Shown piece by piece: positions 1 through 13,687 of a stretch of 64,000 bases of DNA. Position numbers and translations under genes: made by a program. Source of the DNA: Octopus sinensis (lineage: Eukaryota). Within the stretch, counting starts at the first letter, position 1. Every line of letters begins with the position of its first letter. The notes under the pieces were generated by a model. The model saw nothing but the letters and a program-made list of their open reading frames with translations, made no database searches and had not been told where the DNA came from. Location of the stretch: positions 80,104,001-80,168,000 of the forward strand of contig NC_043002.1 of the NCBI RefSeq assembly GCF_006345805.1, in the 5' to 3' direction.

Positions 1-370
1 CGCCGTCATCATCACCATCATCACAAAAACGACGACGGCGTCAATTGCCACCACCACCACCATCACCACCACTACCACCCCACCATCTCTGACACCGTTA
101 ACATCATTCCACATTCTCCCATCAATGCAAATATACCAAACGGCTGAACGGAAAACGTCCACTAGGGAATTTAATCTACTAGAAAGGAGAGTTAAACCCC
201 TGAAAATCACAGAGAGAAGTCTTTAAAAAAGTAAAGTCCATGAAAAATAAAAGACTGGACAGTCACGACTGGAATATCTCTGAACATTGTTCTGTTTGAC
301 TGGAGAATATCTGGGGCAAATGAAACTATCTAGAGTCCAATGAGTTTACGCAGAAATCCTCTCGTTTTTA

Positions 371-762
371 TGTCGTCGTCGTGGCACTCCGTTGGTTACG
401 ACGACGAGGGTTCCAGTTCATCCGATCACCGGAACAGCCTGCTCGTGAAATTAACGTGTAAGTGGCTGAGCACTCCACAGACACGTGTACCCTTAAAGTA
501 TTTCTCGAGGAGATTCAGCGTGACACAGGATGTGACAAGGCTGGCCCTTTGAAATACAGGTACATCAGAAGCAGGAAGAATGAGAGAGAGAAAGTTGTGT
601 TGAAAGAGTACAGCAGGGATCGCCACCCCACACTGCCAGAGCCTCGTGAAGCTTTAAGTGTTTCCATTTAATAAATACTCACAACGCTCGATCTGGGAAT
701 CAAAACCGCGATCCTACGACCGCGAGTCCGCTGTTTTAACCACTGGACCACTGCGCCTCCAC
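371..762 (-). mobile_element. tRNA-headed SINE, family A (~390 bp)
   Basis: Reverse complement begins GTGGAGGCGCAGTGGTCCAGTGGTT (A-box-like) ... GGTTTTGATTCCC (B-box-like); aligns over its full length with the + copy at 56060-56448; short (ACG)n tail. Confidence 0.85.
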
Positions 763-904
763 AGTTTTCATGTATATCAGGGACTAATTATGCTGCTCAA
801 TGTATCTTTTATTATCTAAAACCATCGGGTGTTGTTTCAGTGCGACTGGCCTGTTATTTCCAGCGTATTCAGCGACTAAGTAGAGCTTTCGTTTTTGGAA
901 ACCA

Positions 905-1169
905 ATGGAGCGGATCAATCGTAAATGACAGGTCACAGTTCTGCAAATTCTTGCTGGGTAACCTGCACAGTTGGTTCGTTTATTGCGATCAAATCGATTG
1001 CTTGTACAGATGAACGGCATGTTATATATAAGATGTCGAAGTGATCCTTAAATAACCTTAAATGAAGCGTTTTGTTCCAGAACACAACACACCTCCCGGT
1101 TCGGGAATCGAAACTGCAATCTTACGCTTGTCAGGTGCAACCTGCTAACTACAAGGCCACACGCCTTCA
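905..1169 (-). mobile_element. Degenerate tRNA-headed SINE, family F
   Basis: Minus strand TGAAGGCGTGTGGCC...GTTTCGATTCCCG...GATCACTTCGACATC; homologous to 56880-57167 and 27660-27820. Confidence 0.6.
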
Positions 1170-1705
1170 ATAATCTATACAGAAGTGCTGTATAAAAGAG
1201 CAAAAGTTTTGAAGTGTATTATACTCGAATGCTAGTATAGAGTAATACCATTATATCCATCGTATCGATCATCGATATAACGATATTTTATGCATCTTCG
1301 ACCTGCCGTATTCAAACTTAACACAAGTTTGAGATCAATTATTTGATCTGATACCTTCAAAGGAATTTCATCCTTCCTTTAGGTCCTGTGTTGAGGTACG
1401 AACATTGTTATAGTAATGTTGATTGTAAAGTAGAGATGGTCAGAGTATTTGATATTAGTCGGAATTTTCTTGAGCGCGCTGAAGAAATAACATTAAGTTT
1501 CTGGTGTATAAGAAGCGTAAGTTCAAATTTACGTTTTTTTCACTGACGCATTTGCCATTGCCCTGCCTTGGGCTCTCAACTACTAATGATGTAGGTAAGC
1601 CGCCATTACACATAACGCTGCAGGTCAAGCATCCCGAATTCTGACGTAGCCCATCAGTCTCCGGGTTTGACCACAGCCGAGTTCTCCTAAAGAGAAAACA
1701 AACGT

Positions 1706-1854
1706 GCAGACAGACAGGCACACAAACTGATTGATAGACAGATAGATAGATAGATAGATATATAGATAGATAGACAGACAGACAAACAGATAGATAGATA
1801 GATAGTTAGATAGATAGACAGACAGACAGATAAATAGACAGATAGATAGATAGT

Positions 1855-1932
<78 letters not shown>

Positions 1933-2160
1933 TATAGATATACAGACAGATAGATAGTTAGACAGACAGACGGAGATAGACAGAAAGACAGACAGACAGA
2001 CAGATAGATAGTTCGTTAGATAGACAGATGGACAGACAGAAAGATAGATAGATAGGTAGACAGGCAGACAGACTGACAGACTGACAGACAAACAGATAGA
2101 GAGAGAGAGAGAGGAGAAATAGAGAGAAAGAAAGGGAGAATGACTGACAGAGACAGACAA
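1706..2160. repeat. Compound (GATA)n/(GACA)n microsatellite
   Basis: Direct reading; explains ORFs 1687..2160 and 1958..2269. Confidence 0.97.
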
Positions 2161-2381
2161 ACGGACAGTTTGTCAGAGCACGGGGCAGACATACAGAATG
2201 AAAGAATCGAACCGAGTTCTGTGTTGGCACTTTGTTCCCCAACTCCGGGGCGAGAGAGACCGGGAACACTGGACGTTGGTTATATTTGAACTCAGGGTGA
2301 GAGAGCCGGGACGACTACAACAGGTCTTCTACCGAGGTTCTAACGATACTGTCAATTCATCACTTTCATTGCAGTAAGATA

Positions 2382-2907
2382 TTGAGTTGTCAGGAAAGTT
2401 CGTGCCGATTTGTAGTAGCTTATCTTTCGACTTATTTTAGAACATGGTTGAGTCCATAAAATAGGATTTGACTACATCTTCATTTAGAGCACAGTTCAAG
2501 CTATTTTTTCGTGGAAGAAGGTTTACGTTCCTATAACCTGTGTTTAAAAGGGAAGATAAGAAAGTTCATTTTCGCCACTTGATGCTTTGGGAACCAGACA
2601 AAAATTGCTGCAGCTCGGCTGGGATGTGCTACCCCACACTCCATATTCACCAGATGTTGCTCTTTCGGATTTCCGCTTATTCAGGTCTCTGCAGAAGAGT
2701 CTTAATGGTAAAAATTTCAGGTCCTTGGATGACGTAAAAAGATACCTTGATGAATTCTTTGCCTGAAACCACCTCAATTCTGGGAAGATGGTATTTTCAA
2801 GTTAAATAAAAGATGGAGACGTTTAGGTTATTAAAAATGTAATGGCAAGTATTTATTGACCTTTTCCTTTCCTTTAGAAATCGGCACGAACTTTCCGGAC
2901 AACCGGA
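2382..2907 (+). mobile_element. Internally deleted mariner (Tc1/mariner) element
   Basis: TA then TIR TTGAGTTGTCAGGAAAGTTCGTGCCGATTT (2382-2411); inverted partner AAATCGGCACGAACTTTCCGGACAACC (2878-2904); interior encodes a transposase C-terminus LGWDVLPHTPYSPDVALSDFRLFRSLQKSL (YSPDL-type motif) with a stop. Confidence 0.85.
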
Positions 2908-3161
2908 CAATGTTTGAATGTCAGAAAATGGATGCGAGAAACCGTATGGATTTTATAGGGTTTTATGTCGAATCATGAACTGAAGATACTTGATATAGTT
3001 ATCTATGTAAGTTCCGTTAACGTTGTCGTCGTCGTCGTCATCATCATCATCATCATCATCGACAACAACGACATCAGCAATAACCACAACAATGACAACA
3101 GTTGCAGCAACACAAGCATCAATGCAACATTGAGATACACTTTGATGAGATTTACAATAGG

Positions 3162-3402
3162 ACTCTTTTACTTGTTTCAGTCATGTGACTGTGGCCATGC
3201 TGGAACACCGCCTTTAGTCGAGCAAATCGCCCCCAGCAATTGTTCTTTGTAAACCTAGTACTTATTCTATCGGTCTCTTTTGCCGAACCGCTAGGTTACG
3301 GGGACATAAACACACCAGCATCGGTTGTCAAGCTTTGTTCGGGAGACAAACACAGACACACAAACATACACACACACACCACACACATACATACATACAT
3401 AT

Positions 3403-3491
<89 letters not shown>

Positions 3492-3650
3492 TACGAGGGG
3501 CTTCTTTCAGTTTCCGTCTACCAAATCCTCTCAAAAGACTTTGGTCGGCCCGAGGCTATAGTATAAGACACTCGCCCAAGGTGCTACGCAGTGGGACTGA
3601 ACCTGTGAATATGTAGTTCGTAAGCAATCTACTTACCACACAGTCTATCC
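3162..3650 (-). mobile_element. SINE family B (tRNA head, CORE-like segment, internal TA/CA microsatellite)
   Basis: Full-length match to 38314-38733, 41308-41705 and 52374-52790; internal (TA)n at ~3410-3490. Confidence 0.9.
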
Positions 3651-3835
3651 TATATTTAAAAAAATAGGGCACTCCTGGATGGTAAATAGCTCTATTAGAA
3701 AAAGTATTCAAATCCCCCTTAAATTACTATCTACCATCTCAGAAAAACGAAGAAAACATTGGACAATGGAATTCTTGATATACAAAAACGACAGCAAGAA
3801 GATCAACAACAATAATAATAATAATAATAATAATG

Positions 3836-4050
3836 GTTTTAAATCTAGGCACAAAGGTAGAAATTCTAAGGGAGGAAATCAGTCGACTACACCGACCCCA
3901 ATGTTCAAACTGGTACCTATTTTATCGAGCCCGAAAGGATGAAAGGCAAAGCCGTCTCGGCAGAATTTAAACTAAGAACTTAGCGACGGGTGAAATACGG
4001 TTAAGCTTTTTGTCCAGCGCACAAGCGATTCTGCTGGCTCGCCACCTTAA
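3836..4050 (-). mobile_element. SINE family C monomer
   Basis: Carries the reverse complement of GACTTTGCCTTTCATCCTTTCGGGGTCGATAAA..AGTACC, the body shared by many copies (e.g. 23731-24130). Confidence 0.8.
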
Positions 4051-4077
4051 TAATAATAATAATAATAATCCTTTCCT

Positions 4078-4262
4078 TTATAGGCCACAAGACCTGAAAT
4101 TTTGTGGGGAGAGGACTAGTCTATTCCATCGCACCCCCACCCCCAGCACCAAAAGGATGAAAGGCAAAGTCAACCTCGACGGAATTTGAACTCAGAACAT
4201 GAAGACGGACGAAATACCGCTCAGCATTTTGCCCGGCATGCTAACAATTCTCCTGCCAGTTA
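4078..4262 (-). mobile_element. SINE family C, internally deleted
   Basis: AAAGGATGAAAGGCAAAGTCAACCTCGACGGAATTTGAACTCAGAAC matches family C. Confidence 0.8.
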
Positions 4263-4304
4263 GCTAACTGGCAGGCGAATTGTTAATAGGAACAAATAAC
4301 AAAT

Positions 4305-4305
4305 G

Positions 4306-4351
<46 letters not shown>

Positions 4352-4365
4352 TAATAATAATGATG

Positions 4366-4417
<52 letters not shown>
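4305..4417. repeat. (AAT)n microsatellite
   Basis: Direct reading; source of the poly-I/poly-Y ORFs 4260..4493. Confidence 0.97.
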
Positions 4418-4418
<1 letters not shown>

Positions 4419-4660
4419 CGTCGAGCTTACGATCGTGAGGTTGTGAGCTCGAATCCCGGACCGGGCTGCGTGTTGTGTTCTTGAGCAAGACACTTTATTT
4501 CACGTTGCTCCAGTTCACTCAGCTGTAGAAATGAGTTGCGACGTCACAGGTGCCAAGCTGTATCGACCTTTGTCTTTCCCTTGGATAACACTGGTGGCGT
4601 GGAGAGGGGAGGCTGGTATGCATGGGCGACTGCTAGCCTTCCATAAACAACCTTGCCCGG
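4418..4660 (+). mobile_element. SINE family D (CORE-like), 5'-truncated
   Basis: GTTGTGTTCTTGAGCAAGACACTTTATTTCACGTTGCTCCAGTTCACTCAGCTGTAGAAATGAGTTGC matches 20396-20717 and 37835-38146. Confidence 0.8.
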
Positions 4661-4684
4661 TTGTTTGCTAGACGCAAATTACCC

Positions 4685-4741
<57 letters not shown>

Positions 4742-4747
4742 TAATAA

Positions 4748-5302
4748 ATGCCCTGATGCAGTACCAGGCAGTGGCTCTCATGGCTTCTGATCTTGACTGA
4801 TTGGAAGTGTTATCATGTACATTGTTTTGTCTTGGTATAAAAGATGGGCTACAGCAAATATTCTGCTCAATACCACAGGTTTGCTTGTCAGTTGTTTGAC
4901 TTTAACCAGTTGAGCATGTCTCTTAGTGGCTGACGATATGTGCATCTCTGATCACGAGCAGATGTAGTGAGGGAGCATCATAGTCATGTGTTGAGAGGGA
5001 TTCTTTGGGGTTTGAATAATTCACTTTGGAAACATGGGTGGTTCTTTCAACATCCTTAAACAACCCTTAATCAGGGACCTTTTGAGCAGGATGGGCTACT
5101 CAACCTGAAGAAAATTCTAACTGAGCCCCACCTGCAAGGTCATGTGCTGTTTATCTTGATATGAGATCACCATGTCGCGCACATATGGTTGTGATGCATG
5201 TGCCTGGTGTACCCTTATCAGACGAGTAGTCATGATGGGTATATTGGGCTTCGTATATTTTACCCCAGTGTCACTTTGATGGCATGAACAGCTCTCTCAC
5301 TC
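4748..5302 (+). repeat. Unclassified ~555 bp (AAT)n-tailed interspersed repeat E, copy 1
   Basis: Aligns end to end with 5594-6140; (AAT)n on both sides; no ORF. Confidence 0.85.
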
Positions 5303-5340
<38 letters not shown>

Positions 5341-5341
<1 letters not shown>

Positions 5342-5553
5342 CCTTTCTACTATAGGCACAAGGCCTGAAATTTGGGGGAGGAGACAAGTCGAATACATCA
5401 ACCCCGGTGTATCACTGATACTTAGTTTATCGACTCCGAAAGGATGAACGGCAAAGTCGACCTCGGCGGCATTTAACCCCAGAACGTAAAGGCAGACGAA
5501 ATGCCGCTAAGCATTTGCCCGGTGTGCTATCGACTCTGCCAGCTTGCCATCTG
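5341..5553 (-). mobile_element. SINE family C monomer
   Basis: Same diagnostic body; lies between (AAT)n runs. Confidence 0.8.
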
Positions 5554-5593
5554 AATAATCATAATAATAGTAATAATAATGATAATAATAATA

Positions 5594-6140
5594 ATGCAGT
5601 ACCAAGCAGTGGCTCTCATGGCTTCTGATCTTAACTGATTGGAAGTATTATCATGTACATTGTTTTGTCTTGGTATAAAAGATGGGCTACTGCAAATATT
5701 CTGCTCAATACCACAGATTTGCTTGTCAGTTGTTTGACCTTAACCAGTTGAGCATGTCCCTTAGTGGCTGACGATATGTGCATCTCTGATCATGAGCAGA
5801 AGTAGTGTGGGGAGCGTCATAGCCGTGTGTTGAAAGGACGTCTTAGAGGTTTGAATAATTCACCTTTGGAAACATGGGTGTTTCATTCAACATCCTTAAA
5901 CAGCCCTTATTCAGGGACCTGTTGAGCGGGATGGGTTACTCGACCAGAAGACAATTCTAACTGGGCCCCGCCTGCAAGGTCATGCGCTGTTTATCTTGAT
6001 ATGAGATCACCGTGTCGCGCACATATGATTGTGATGCATGTACCAGTATACCCATCATGACAAGTAGCCATGATGGGTATATTGGGCCTCGTATATTTTA
6101 CCCCAGTGTCACTTTGATAGCATGCACTGCTCTCTCACTC
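5594..6140 (+). repeat. Repeat E, copy 2
   Basis: Diverged direct copy of 4748-5302 ending CTCTCTCACTC(AAT)n. Confidence 0.85.
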
Positions 6141-6184
6141 AATAATAATAATAATAATAATAATAATATTAATAATAATAATAA

Positions 6185-6920
6185 CCCTTTCTTTATTGGC
6201 CACAAGACAAAAAGGACGATATAAAAATAAGGGACAGAGTGAGTTTATATAAAACACATGTAAACAATAAAACAACAACAACAATGATATGAAATTCCCC
6301 AATATTGGGGAGCATTACACGGATGACTAAGAAATCCCACAGATCCTGAGTTACTCTGCTCACTAGGTGCACCTTGGTTAATGCTCTTCTGTCCTACTTA
6401 TATTCTAGCCGGCAGGAACATGCTGAAAGTAGGTCCACTTACTCGAGCCATTCTCGCTACATTCCCCCACATTTTAAAAAATTTACGAGAAGATAGTACC
6501 TCCCTACCCAGCCTCTCTTTCCTTTCCAGGGGAAACATCAAAGGTCGATGAGAGCTTGACCGATGAGAAAAGTACGTGTCTGCAGCCCTTTCAATCACGT
6601 CTACCTCACAACCCCTTGTGACATAGCTACCAGAGAGAGAAAAATTCCCTGCACTTCGTGACCAAAGGAAGGTGATGGGCAACTTTACGATCGGGTCACC
6701 GTTAACTGGATCCGTCCTACACGTGACAGAAAGTATTTGCACCGTGAAAGTGCACACAAGACAGTTCGTCATTCTGTGCACTCCTTGGGCAAGTGCAGCC
6801 GACCGCACTACCATGCCTGTAGAGTTCAGTAATGGCTGTCCAAGGATTTCAGGAAGTTATCCGTGTGTTTTGGCCCGAAAATCCTTCGGAGCACACCAGC
6901 CAGTTGAAACGCGCGTCTAG
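6185..6920 (-). mobile_element. 3' end of an L1/Tx1-like LINE (degenerate ORF2 C-terminus + 3' UTR)
   Basis: Frameshifted CCHC-like region (CGR..ECTE*RTVLCALSRC..LSRVGRIQL) followed by ERKERLGREVLSSRKFFKMWGNVARMARVSGPTFSMFL; 3' UTR ends in AATAAAGAAAGGG(TTA)n. Clade assignment is from recalled family features. Confidence 0.55.
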
Positions 6921-7589
6921 CAAACAGTGACCACACCTAAAATAACAACAACAAGGAAAACAAGAAGAAGAACAACAACAATAAAGCTAATAAATAAATA
7001 CAAAATAACGAGATAATCTTTCGTTATTAGTCAGCTGTATCGACTAAAACGATCGGATAGTGGAATCTCGAAAAGATCTGTCTGTATCTATTTCAGAATT
7101 AACAACGACACTGAAGACAACAACAACATCAACGGAAAGATCAACGATAGCAAAGCAAGGAATCCGGTAACAAGGATGACAATATCATCTACAGTAATAA
7201 TATTTGAAACAGCAATGAAATAGAAACAACCAGAGAGCCCTTTACGCTATTACTCGAACGGCTAGAAATAACAGGTATGTTTTCTTTAAAAATGAAACCC
7301 TTCAAGAAAATAAGCAAAAAGGCCATGTTCTATAATGTACTCCTAGTTACACTGGTGTCGTATCTAAATTGCTGCTCGATCGTTTGTGACCTAGGGATAA
7401 GCAACAACGATACTGGCAAGAACAACGACGACGATGACGACGATGATGACGACGATGATGACGATGACGACGGCGAGGATAACATCAACAACAACAACAA
7501 CAACAACAACAACATTTGCAGTGCCGTGAACATCCATCAAACGCCATAAATGAATCCACTGAAAATTACAATATCAAAAAAAAAACCGT

Positions 7590-8750
<1,161 letters not shown>

Positions 8751-9276
8751 AGGCAGTGTTTATAACAACATCGAGAGCTCCTACAATCTTTATTATGAAA
8801 TACAATAAGTACAACGTGCGCCATTAGGACAGTATTCACAGATTCATCACAAAACAGAAATAACAACGACAACAACAACAACAAGAACACAAACAACAAC
8901 GACGCCGATGACGACAACAGACGTTATGATAATAACAGAAATGTTGAACAACAAAAAACACGAAAAAAAAAATAAAATAAACAAAGCAATAAATAAATAA
9001 ATAAATAACAATATTCACAACGGTATAAAAACAAACAAACAACACAATTAATGAGGACAGCAGGGTAAATCCCTGAAAACGGCAACCACGCCGCTCACTG
9101 TCCCCTTCCGGTAGCCATTGTGACAATGTCCCTTTCACCATTTTTAATGTCTTACTCCAGCATTGTCGCTCCTACACTCTTTCGCTTCTCATTCTTTCCA
9201 TTCCTAGTTTTTTTTTAATTCTCACTCTCCCTTCGATTTCTTTCTTTGTCTCTCCTTCTTTCTCTCTCTTTTCTAA

Positions 9277-9314
<38 letters not shown>

Positions 9315-9789
9315 AATATATGAGTGTGTGTATGTGTGTGTATGTGTGTGTATGTATGTGTGTATCTGTGCGTTTCTATGTATGTATGCGTGTATGTATG
9401 CGTGTGTATGTTTGCATGTATGTATATGTGTGAATGTATACATGTATTTATGTATGTATGTATCTATCTATACGTGTGTGCGTGCATGGGTGCGTGTGTG
9501 TGTGTGTAGTGTGTGTATCTGTGTGTGTAGCCTTTTGTGTGAAAATATCTACACGTATACGTGCAAACATATACATGTCTATGTATATAAGCAGATTAAT
9601 AGACGGATGCGTAAAAGATGTATAAAACAGATGAAGAAAGATATACTAAATACTGGAAAACTTTTCATCTACTGAAATTGTACTAACTTCGAAAGAACGT
9701 AATCAAACACCTAGCAGCATTTACAACCAACTCCAAAAGAGAATTAATTTCAAGACGGAATCAATAATCAATCTCATGGAATAATTTGC

Positions 9790-10030
9790 AATTTGGGTAA
9801 AGGCAATGTGCTGTTGACCCTCTCGGGGTCGATATTCATCCTTTCGAGGTCGATATTTCATCCTTTCATGTTCGATATTTCATACATTCGGAGTCGATGT
9901 TTCATCCTTTCGGCACCAATGTCACATCTTTCGGGGTCAATAGATTAAGTACAAGTGATACACTGAGGTCTATGTAATCAATTAGTTCCCTTTCCCTGAA
10001 ATTTCTGGCCTTGTGCCTACAGTAGAAAGG
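9790..10030 (+). mobile_element. SINE family C 3' part with internal ~21 bp tandem amplification
   Basis: GGTCGATATTTCATCCTTTCG-like unit about 5 times (9824-9942), followed by a normal family C 3' end. Confidence 0.7.
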
Positions 10031-10044
10031 ATTACTATTATTCT

Positions 10045-10545
10045 CTTCTACTCTAGGCACAAGGCCCGAAATTTTGGGGGAGAGGGCCAGGCGATTAGAT
10101 CGTCCCCACTACGCAAATGGCACTTATTTCTTCATTGCCCACAAGGGGCTAAACATAGAGGGGACAAATAAGCACAGACAAACGGATTAAGTCAATTACA
10201 TTGACCCCAGTGCAAAACTGGTACTTATTTCATCGACATCAGTGCGTAACTGGTACCTAATTTATCGACCACGAAAGGATGAAAGGCAAAGTCGACCTCA
10301 CCGCAATTTGAACTCAGAACGTAACGGCAGAAGAAATACCTATTTCTTTACTACCCACAAGCGGCTAAACAGAGAGGACAAACAAGGACAGACAAACGGA
10401 TTAAGTCGATTATATGGACCCCAGTGCGTAACTGGTACTTAATTTATTGACCCCGAAAGGATGAAATGTAAAGTCGACCTCGGCGGAATTTGAAATCAGA
10501 ACGTAACGGCAGACGAAAGACGGCTATGCATTTCGACCGGCGTGG
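10045..10545 (-). mobile_element. Multimeric SINE family C
   Basis: Body module repeated; matches the dimeric copy at 23731-24130. Confidence 0.85.
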
Positions 10546-10690
10546 TCAACTGTTCCTGTAATCCGCCGCGGTCAACTGTTCCTGTAATCCTTTCGGGGTT
10601 GATAAATTAAGTACCAGTGAAGTGCTGGGGTTGATGTAATCGATTAGTCCCCTCCTACCAAATTTCAGGTCTTGTGCCTTTAATAGAAAC

Positions 10691-10734
<44 letters not shown>

Positions 10735-10745
10735 TATTATTATTA

Positions 10746-10777
<32 letters not shown>

Positions 10778-10930
10778 TTATTATTATATTATTATTATTA
10801 TTATTATTATTATTTTCTGTGGATAAAGGATAACTATTGTTTCGGGCGCTAGACCATAAATAGACATACACAGAAAACTGACACACGCACACACACGCGC
10901 ACACACAGACACACACACACACATATATAG

Positions 10931-11071
10931 GTGCAGACATAACTTTGTTAAGAAGGTTGTGTTCAGAACCACATGATTCCGGGTTCAGTCCCACTCCGTC
11001 TACCAAATCCACTCAAGCCTCGGGTCCAACAAAGCCTTGAGTGGATTTGGTAGACAGAAAAAGAAAGAAGC
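10931..11071 (+). mobile_element. SINE family B head with internal inverted replacement
   Basis: GGGTTCAGTCCCACT head, then a perfect 20 bp inverted repeat 10998-11017 / 11036-11055. Confidence 0.75.
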
Positions 11072-11113
<42 letters not shown>

Positions 11114-11540
11114 ATATAGTTGCTATTATTTTAAACTGCCGTATGTCTAAATTTGGCCAAATGCGTTCTTTTTCAATATTTAATTTTTTTTGCAATAGCC
11201 GGCCATTTTGGTCAAAATATCGTATCTACAGATGCTTCAGATGTTAAGATATAAAAATTGTCAAAGAGCTGGACAACGTTTTAGCATTCTTAAAAATTGT
11301 ATTTTGACTGAAAATATCGTACATGCACGGAGATATGATTTTATGCACCCAACGAAACATTATTGTTAAGCTGAAACTGATGCTAATTTAAAGGGAAATG
11401 CAATAGTGAAACTATTTTTTTCGTTTTCTGAAAAATACAACGTTTTGGACTAACGACACTTTTGCATAATAGCAACGATATATGTACTAAAGTTCAATGC
11501 TTTATTCTGAAATGTATGTGTGTGTATGTGTGTGTGTGTG

Positions 11541-11581
<41 letters not shown>

Positions 11582-11711
11582 TTTTACAAGTAGGCATCAC
11601 AACCGTGGAAATGAGTGGACTATATGAAAGTAGCAAGTATTAGGCATCCAAGCGCCCTCTCTTATTCCGCACAGTAAAAAGTATAATAATGCATGCATGT
11701 GTGCGTGTGTT

Positions 11712-11748
<37 letters not shown>

Positions 11749-13302
11749 CACAGAAGCTCTCACAGCATCGCCTACACAATTCCACTGCCCTAAATATTAT
11801 GATCTCAAATTTTGGTAGCAGACCAGCAATATTAAGTGTTGAGGGTATATCTGCTACATCGACTCCCAGTGTTCAACTGGTATTTATTTCATCGATCCCG
11901 AATGGAGGAAAGACTTAGTCAACCTCAGCGGAATTTGAATTCCAAAAGTAGAGATGGTTGAAATGTCGCGAAGCTTCTTGCCAGCTACTTAAATGATTGA
12001 CAGCTCACTGCCTTTAGTCTGCTAATTACAAGTTAAATGATATGTGTAATTACGATACATATCGATAAGTGTATCATTTTATAGTTATTTCTCTCTCCAC
12101 TATGTATTGCGTACTCTAATTATTTTCTACAAACACACATAACGTATTAGCGCTGTGTGTGTGTATTTTTACAAATTCAAATAGACATCACAAACGTGAA
12201 AATGAGTAAATATGTGTATATCACAGATTTTATATATACAGCATGTTAAGGCGCCGAGCTGGCAGAATCGTTAGAACCCCGGACAAAATGCTTCGTGTTA
12301 TTTCGTCCGTCCCTCTGTATCTAACAAGCTTCTTACCGTTTCCGATTACCAAATCCACTCACAAGTCTCTGGTCGGCTCAGGACTATAGTAGGAGGCATT
12401 TGCTCAAGGAACCAAGCAGTTGGAATGAAACGGGAACTATATGGTTGCAGAGCAAACTTTTCATGACACGGCCATTTAGTTGAAATTAATATGTGAGCGT
12501 TTGGCCCAATCGAATGCGCAAGGAGACGTCTTAGCGTTGACTTGTGGGTTCAATACTGGCTGGGGTTAACTCAACATTTTCAGTCATTTGTTCGTATTTA
12601 AAATTGTCGCTTCAAATCGCAGAATAATATATTATTCTGATATATTATTATACAGTTATATGTATGTATATATATATATATATATATATAGCTACAAAAT
12701 GGAAAAAAAACCCTCAGTTTAACAAACACATCGATTGGACCATATTTATAGCTTATTTTTTTATACAAAGCATGGCATAAGAAATAGGTGACATAAGAAA
12801 TAGGATGCGGAAACGGCCGTAAGATTGTGTGTTTGTTTATCTGAGGTTTTCTCCATTTTCTGATTATTTGTATTTGATTCCTGATAAGCTCTTGTTTATC
12901 CTGCTACCTGCACTCTACGTGCAATAGTGTGCCTGCACACCAATGCCCGGCGATAACATTGGTAACGGATACCGAGAGTACATACGGATATTTTATCCCT
13001 TAGTAGGTTATTATAACCGCTAATTCTGTTTACACATAATATAATTATATATGTATGCATGTATATATGTATGTATGTAGAGAGAGAGAGAAGGAGAGAG
13101 GGGGATAGAGAGAGAGATGTGCGTATTGTACATGCATACATTAGCCATTTTAATATTACGAACAGAGGAGAGTTTCGCCTCTCCCCAGTATGGTAATGCT
13201 TACTATTTGGCTTTTTAATTCTGACGTAAGTTGTCGTCCAGTATATTTGATCATCCGATCTTATTTGCATTGTCCCACCTGACTGATACAGACATATCAG
13301 TC

Positions 13303-13344
<42 letters not shown>

Positions 13345-13346
<2 letters not shown>

Positions 13347-13686
13347 CAACGTGTCTCTAAAAGAAATGGAGAAACTCTCAAAATACAAAGACCTGGAAAT
13401 AGAGGTAACTAGAATGTGGAATCTGAAAACAGAAACAATTCCTATCATAGTAGGTGCATTAGGCATGATAAAAAAATATTCAGACAAATACATAACAAAA
13501 ACACCAGGACTTACAAACACATATAACATACAGAAAATTGCACTACTAGGCACTGCACACATCCTACGCAGAACACTTTCCATACAATAACCATCAGAGC
13601 ATCACAACAAATCACAGCACATACCCAAGGCACACAGAGCTGTGCTCGGTAGTGAAGTGAAAGCACGCTATAAAAATAAAACTACC

Positions 13687-13687
<1 letters not shown>
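13345..13687 (+). mobile_element. 5'-truncated R4/Dong-like (RLE-type) non-LTR retrotransposon 3' end
   Basis: KEMEKLSKYKDLEIEVTRMWNLKTETIPIIVGALG...IQKIALLGTAHILRRTL is a typical restriction-like endonuclease C-terminus; (AAT)n on both sides. Confidence 0.85.
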
